Below, piece after piece: positions 61,990 through 64,000 of a stretch of DNA of 64,000 nucleotides. The position numbers and the translations under genes were made by a program. Position 1 is the first letter of the stretch, and each line of letters starts with the position of its first letter. The DNA is from an uncultured virus (IMG/VR IMGVR_UViG_3300028800_000095) (Duplodnaviria > Heunggongvirae > Uroviricota > Caudoviricetes). The stretch lies in IMG/VR virus record IMGVR_UViG_3300028800_000095; one strand, written 5' to 3'. The notes below the pieces were generated by a model. The model saw only the letters and a program-made list of their open reading frames with translations. It searched no databases and had not been told where the DNA came from.

Positions 61990-62876
61990 TCCTCACTTCC
62001 CAGGTCTTCCTCTAACCGTTCAGAAAGCCAGTCGGATAAACCGCCCGTCTTATCATGCTGTTTTAGTAACTTGTTCACCACGGTGGGGCCGTTTGCATCA
62101 AAGTGCTGTTGATAGAGATCATCTGGGTGAACTCCCAGTTGATTCGCCTTCTCTTCTACAGCGGAGAGAAAGTTCTGAGCCTTCCCTGTAAGCTTTGGAT
62201 TCCAGCTAGGCAGCTCATCTTGCAGTCTCTGATGAGGAGAGAAACCCAGAGCCTCTTCGGTCCTCGATATGGTTGATTTAACCGTTGGTGCTATATCCGC
62301 TATATCATTAGGGTGCATCTTAGGAATCATGCTCGTCGCCTGCGTTAAGGGTGACGCTGCCTTCTGCGCTACGGGTGCGGCCTCCTGCATCGTATGAGTC
62401 GCAAGCTTCGCAGCGGGTGCGGCGGCAGCACTAGCCGCAAGCAATTTTAGCAGGGTACGCCGTCCGGCATCTACCACCCCGCCACCGCCTGCTAGTTTCT
62501 GTTTCGGCATTCCATGGCCTGCGAGGCTTTGGCCTAAGTGCGGGAGCTTGATCGCAGCCCCCCCGATCTTCTGGTCTATGTTACGCATCGTATCCTGGAT
62601 AGGAATGCGAGGAGCGTGGAAGTGCATCATCCCGCCGAAGGCACTGTTGCCTCCTAGGTGCTGAACTCCCATCGGATTCCCGAAACCCCCTCCATGCCCT
62701 ATGACGCTAGAGAGCGGGGAGACCGGGCCGCCGGTAGCGTGCTCCCACTTACCAACCTGCTTATCCGCTTCATGGAAGTCGTGAGCGACCTTCTTCGACG
62801 GATGTTTCCCTGGGGGATTCCACCCGTGGTCGATAGCCGACATGTAATGAGCCTGCTTTTTACTACTGGATGGCAC
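61986..62876 (-). CDS. Late/virion protein with MPS.SKKQ..M.A..H N-terminus and GG motifs
   Basis: 296 aa, GGGAG SD, GTG start; HATGG and LAGGG. Confidence 0.65.
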   Translation of the reverse strand: MPSSSKKQAHYMSAIDHGWNPPGKHPSKKVAHDFHEADKQVGKWEHATGGPVSPLSSVIGHGGGFGNPMGVQHLGGNSAFGGMMHFHAPRIPIQDTMRNIDQKIGGAAIKLPHLGQSLAGHGMPKQKLAGGGGVVDAGRRTLLKLLAASAAAAPAAKLATHTMQEAAPVAQKAASPLTQATSMIPKMHPNDIADIAPTVKSTISRTEEALGFSPHQRLQDELPSWNPKLTGKAQNFLSAVEEKANQLGVHPDDLYQQHFDANGPTVVNKLLKQHDKTGGLSDWLSERLEEDLGSED

Positions 62877-63657
62877 CGGTGGTACTCCCCTTTGGTAGGG
62901 CGTTGATGATCTTATCGGAAGCGGTATTAGCCCCTCCGAGGATCGCGGAATCGGTTAGGAGTCGGGTTGCCGTTGCCGGGCGAAGAGCCCCGGTAAGTTC
63001 CATAAGACGTTTAGCCAAGGACGCCTTCTGTCCGGCTGCTCCCATCGGAATCGGAGAGGAGAGTTGACCTACCGCATCGAGGAGGTGGTCTGGCAGGCCG
63101 TGAGCTTCCCCGACCCCCGTTTGTTGGACTACTCTCCTGTTTAACTCCGCGAGCCGCCCGGCTGCATCGGTCGAGAACTTAGGAGCCCACTTCCCGAGCA
63201 TCGATGGGGCCGCTAGGATCTCGTCCATAAATTTCGGATTGCCCTTTGTCAAGCTGGTTGACCCGTCCGGGTTCTTTAGGAAATGAGAGGACCCTAGGAA
63301 CTGCGGGTTACCCTCCTCGTCAAGCCCGTAGAATTGGGAAGCAACCCCCGTCGCTAATCGAGCACGAGCCTCCGCCCCACCAGCGGGTCCTAGCTCCGCT
63401 GCGACATCCGAGATCTTACGCAGCGAAGAGTCTTGGTCTACGTCGCTCGTATCTACCTGCCCACCTTCGGCAAAGGACGGTGGGGGATTGTTAAGCGCGT
63501 AGCTCGGAGGCATGTACCCGAGACGCATCATCGCAGAGTTAACCAACCAGTTAAGACCCGCGTTAGCGCCTGCATCCCCCGGGGTCGCCGCAGCGATAGC
63601 GGATAACTCCGCCGCATACGGATCACCTTCCGGGGTTTTCTCTGTTGGGTTTGCCAT
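62863..63657 (-). CDS. Late/virion protein with FAEGG motif
   Basis: Start reassigned to MANPTEK, just after the upstream stop. Confidence 0.6.
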   Translation of the reverse strand: MANPTEKTPEGDPYAAELSAIAAATPGDAGANAGLNWLVNSAMMRLGYMPPSYALNNPPPSFAEGGQVDTSDVDQDSSLRKISDVAAELGPAGGAEARARLATGVASQFYGLDEEGNPQFLGSSHFLKNPDGSTSLTKGNPKFMDEILAAPSMLGKWAPKFSTDAAGRLAELNRRVVQQTGVGEAHGLPDHLLDAVGQLSSPIPMGAAGQKASLAKRLMELTGALRPATATRLLTDSAILGGANTASDKIINALPKGSTTGAIQ

Positions 63658-63661
63658 CGCC

Positions 63662-64000
63662 TTACTCCGTTGGCTGCTTCGAGATCGCCTGCGGTAGGAC
63701 AGCACCGGCTGCCCCGCCACCGAGAACGGTCGCTGCAGTCCCGGCTCCCGCCCCTAGCTGCTTCGCTCGTTGCACACGAGCCGCTACGTCAGCGAGTCTA
63801 GCGAGTTGGTCTCCCCCGGCTTGACCGGATTGACTCATGATACTAGAGACCCCGCCCATATTAGGAGCAGCCGCCTTGGCTGCTAACCGTAGGGCTGTTA
63901 ACTTAGGATGAACTACCGCATCCGCTATCGAGCTGATCGGACCTGCGCTAGGAGCGACGGCGGTGGCCGGTCCCTTCTTCGCGGCAGTAGTCATTACCTT
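63662..64000 (-). CDS. C-terminal part of an Ala/Gly-rich late protein (open at the window edge)
   Basis: The frame is open to position 64000; composition resembles the ORF leaving at position 1. Confidence 0.6.
   Translation of the reverse strand, partial: KVMTTAAKKGPATAVAPSAGPISSIADAVVHPKLTALRLAAKAAAPNMGGVSSIMSQSGQAGGDQLARLADVAARVQRAKQLGAGAGTAATVLGGGAAGAVLPQAISKQPTE

Noticed and set aside
1..64000. Integrase, repressor, reverse transcriptase/DGR, introns or inteins
   Set aside because: No recognisable motifs; polymerase, TerL and helicase look uninterrupted. Highly divergent versions cannot be excluded by eye.

Overview
The window is an almost complete, circularly permuted genome of a probably lytic, podovirus-like tailed phage (GC roughly 55-60% by eye). 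I found no integrase, repressor or RNA polymerase. The minus strand (about 38.2 kb down to 1, continuing from 64000 down to 61986) carries the late genes: TerS, a block of small accessory genes, TerL, portal, GroES, scaffold, major capsid, adaptor, four signal-peptide-bearing fibre/spike-like proteins, a lysis cassette, tail tubular proteins and ejection-type proteins. The plus strand (38.8-62 kb) carries early genes, a J-domain protein, a nucleotide-modification cluster, a UDG-fused family A polymerase, and recombination and helicase genes; the primase-polymerase is inverted. The best candidate for a new system is 48.6-55.6 kb. It holds three thymidylate-synthase-fold paralogues, each with the catalytic Cys and the cytosine-specifying Asp, plus a dNMP kinase, an all-alpha dNTPase, an NDT-fold protein, a dCMP deaminase and a polymerase with an altered UDG domain. 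This suggests a multi-step cytosine substitution pathway. Other highlights are the apparently secreted Cys-rich fibre proteins, two small ORFs resembling capsid fragments, an Acb2/Tad1-like sponge, a tRNA-like RNA with an expanded anticodon arm, and a recurring phi-x-x-GG motif in virion proteins. All family calls come from motifs recognised by eye; no database search was run.
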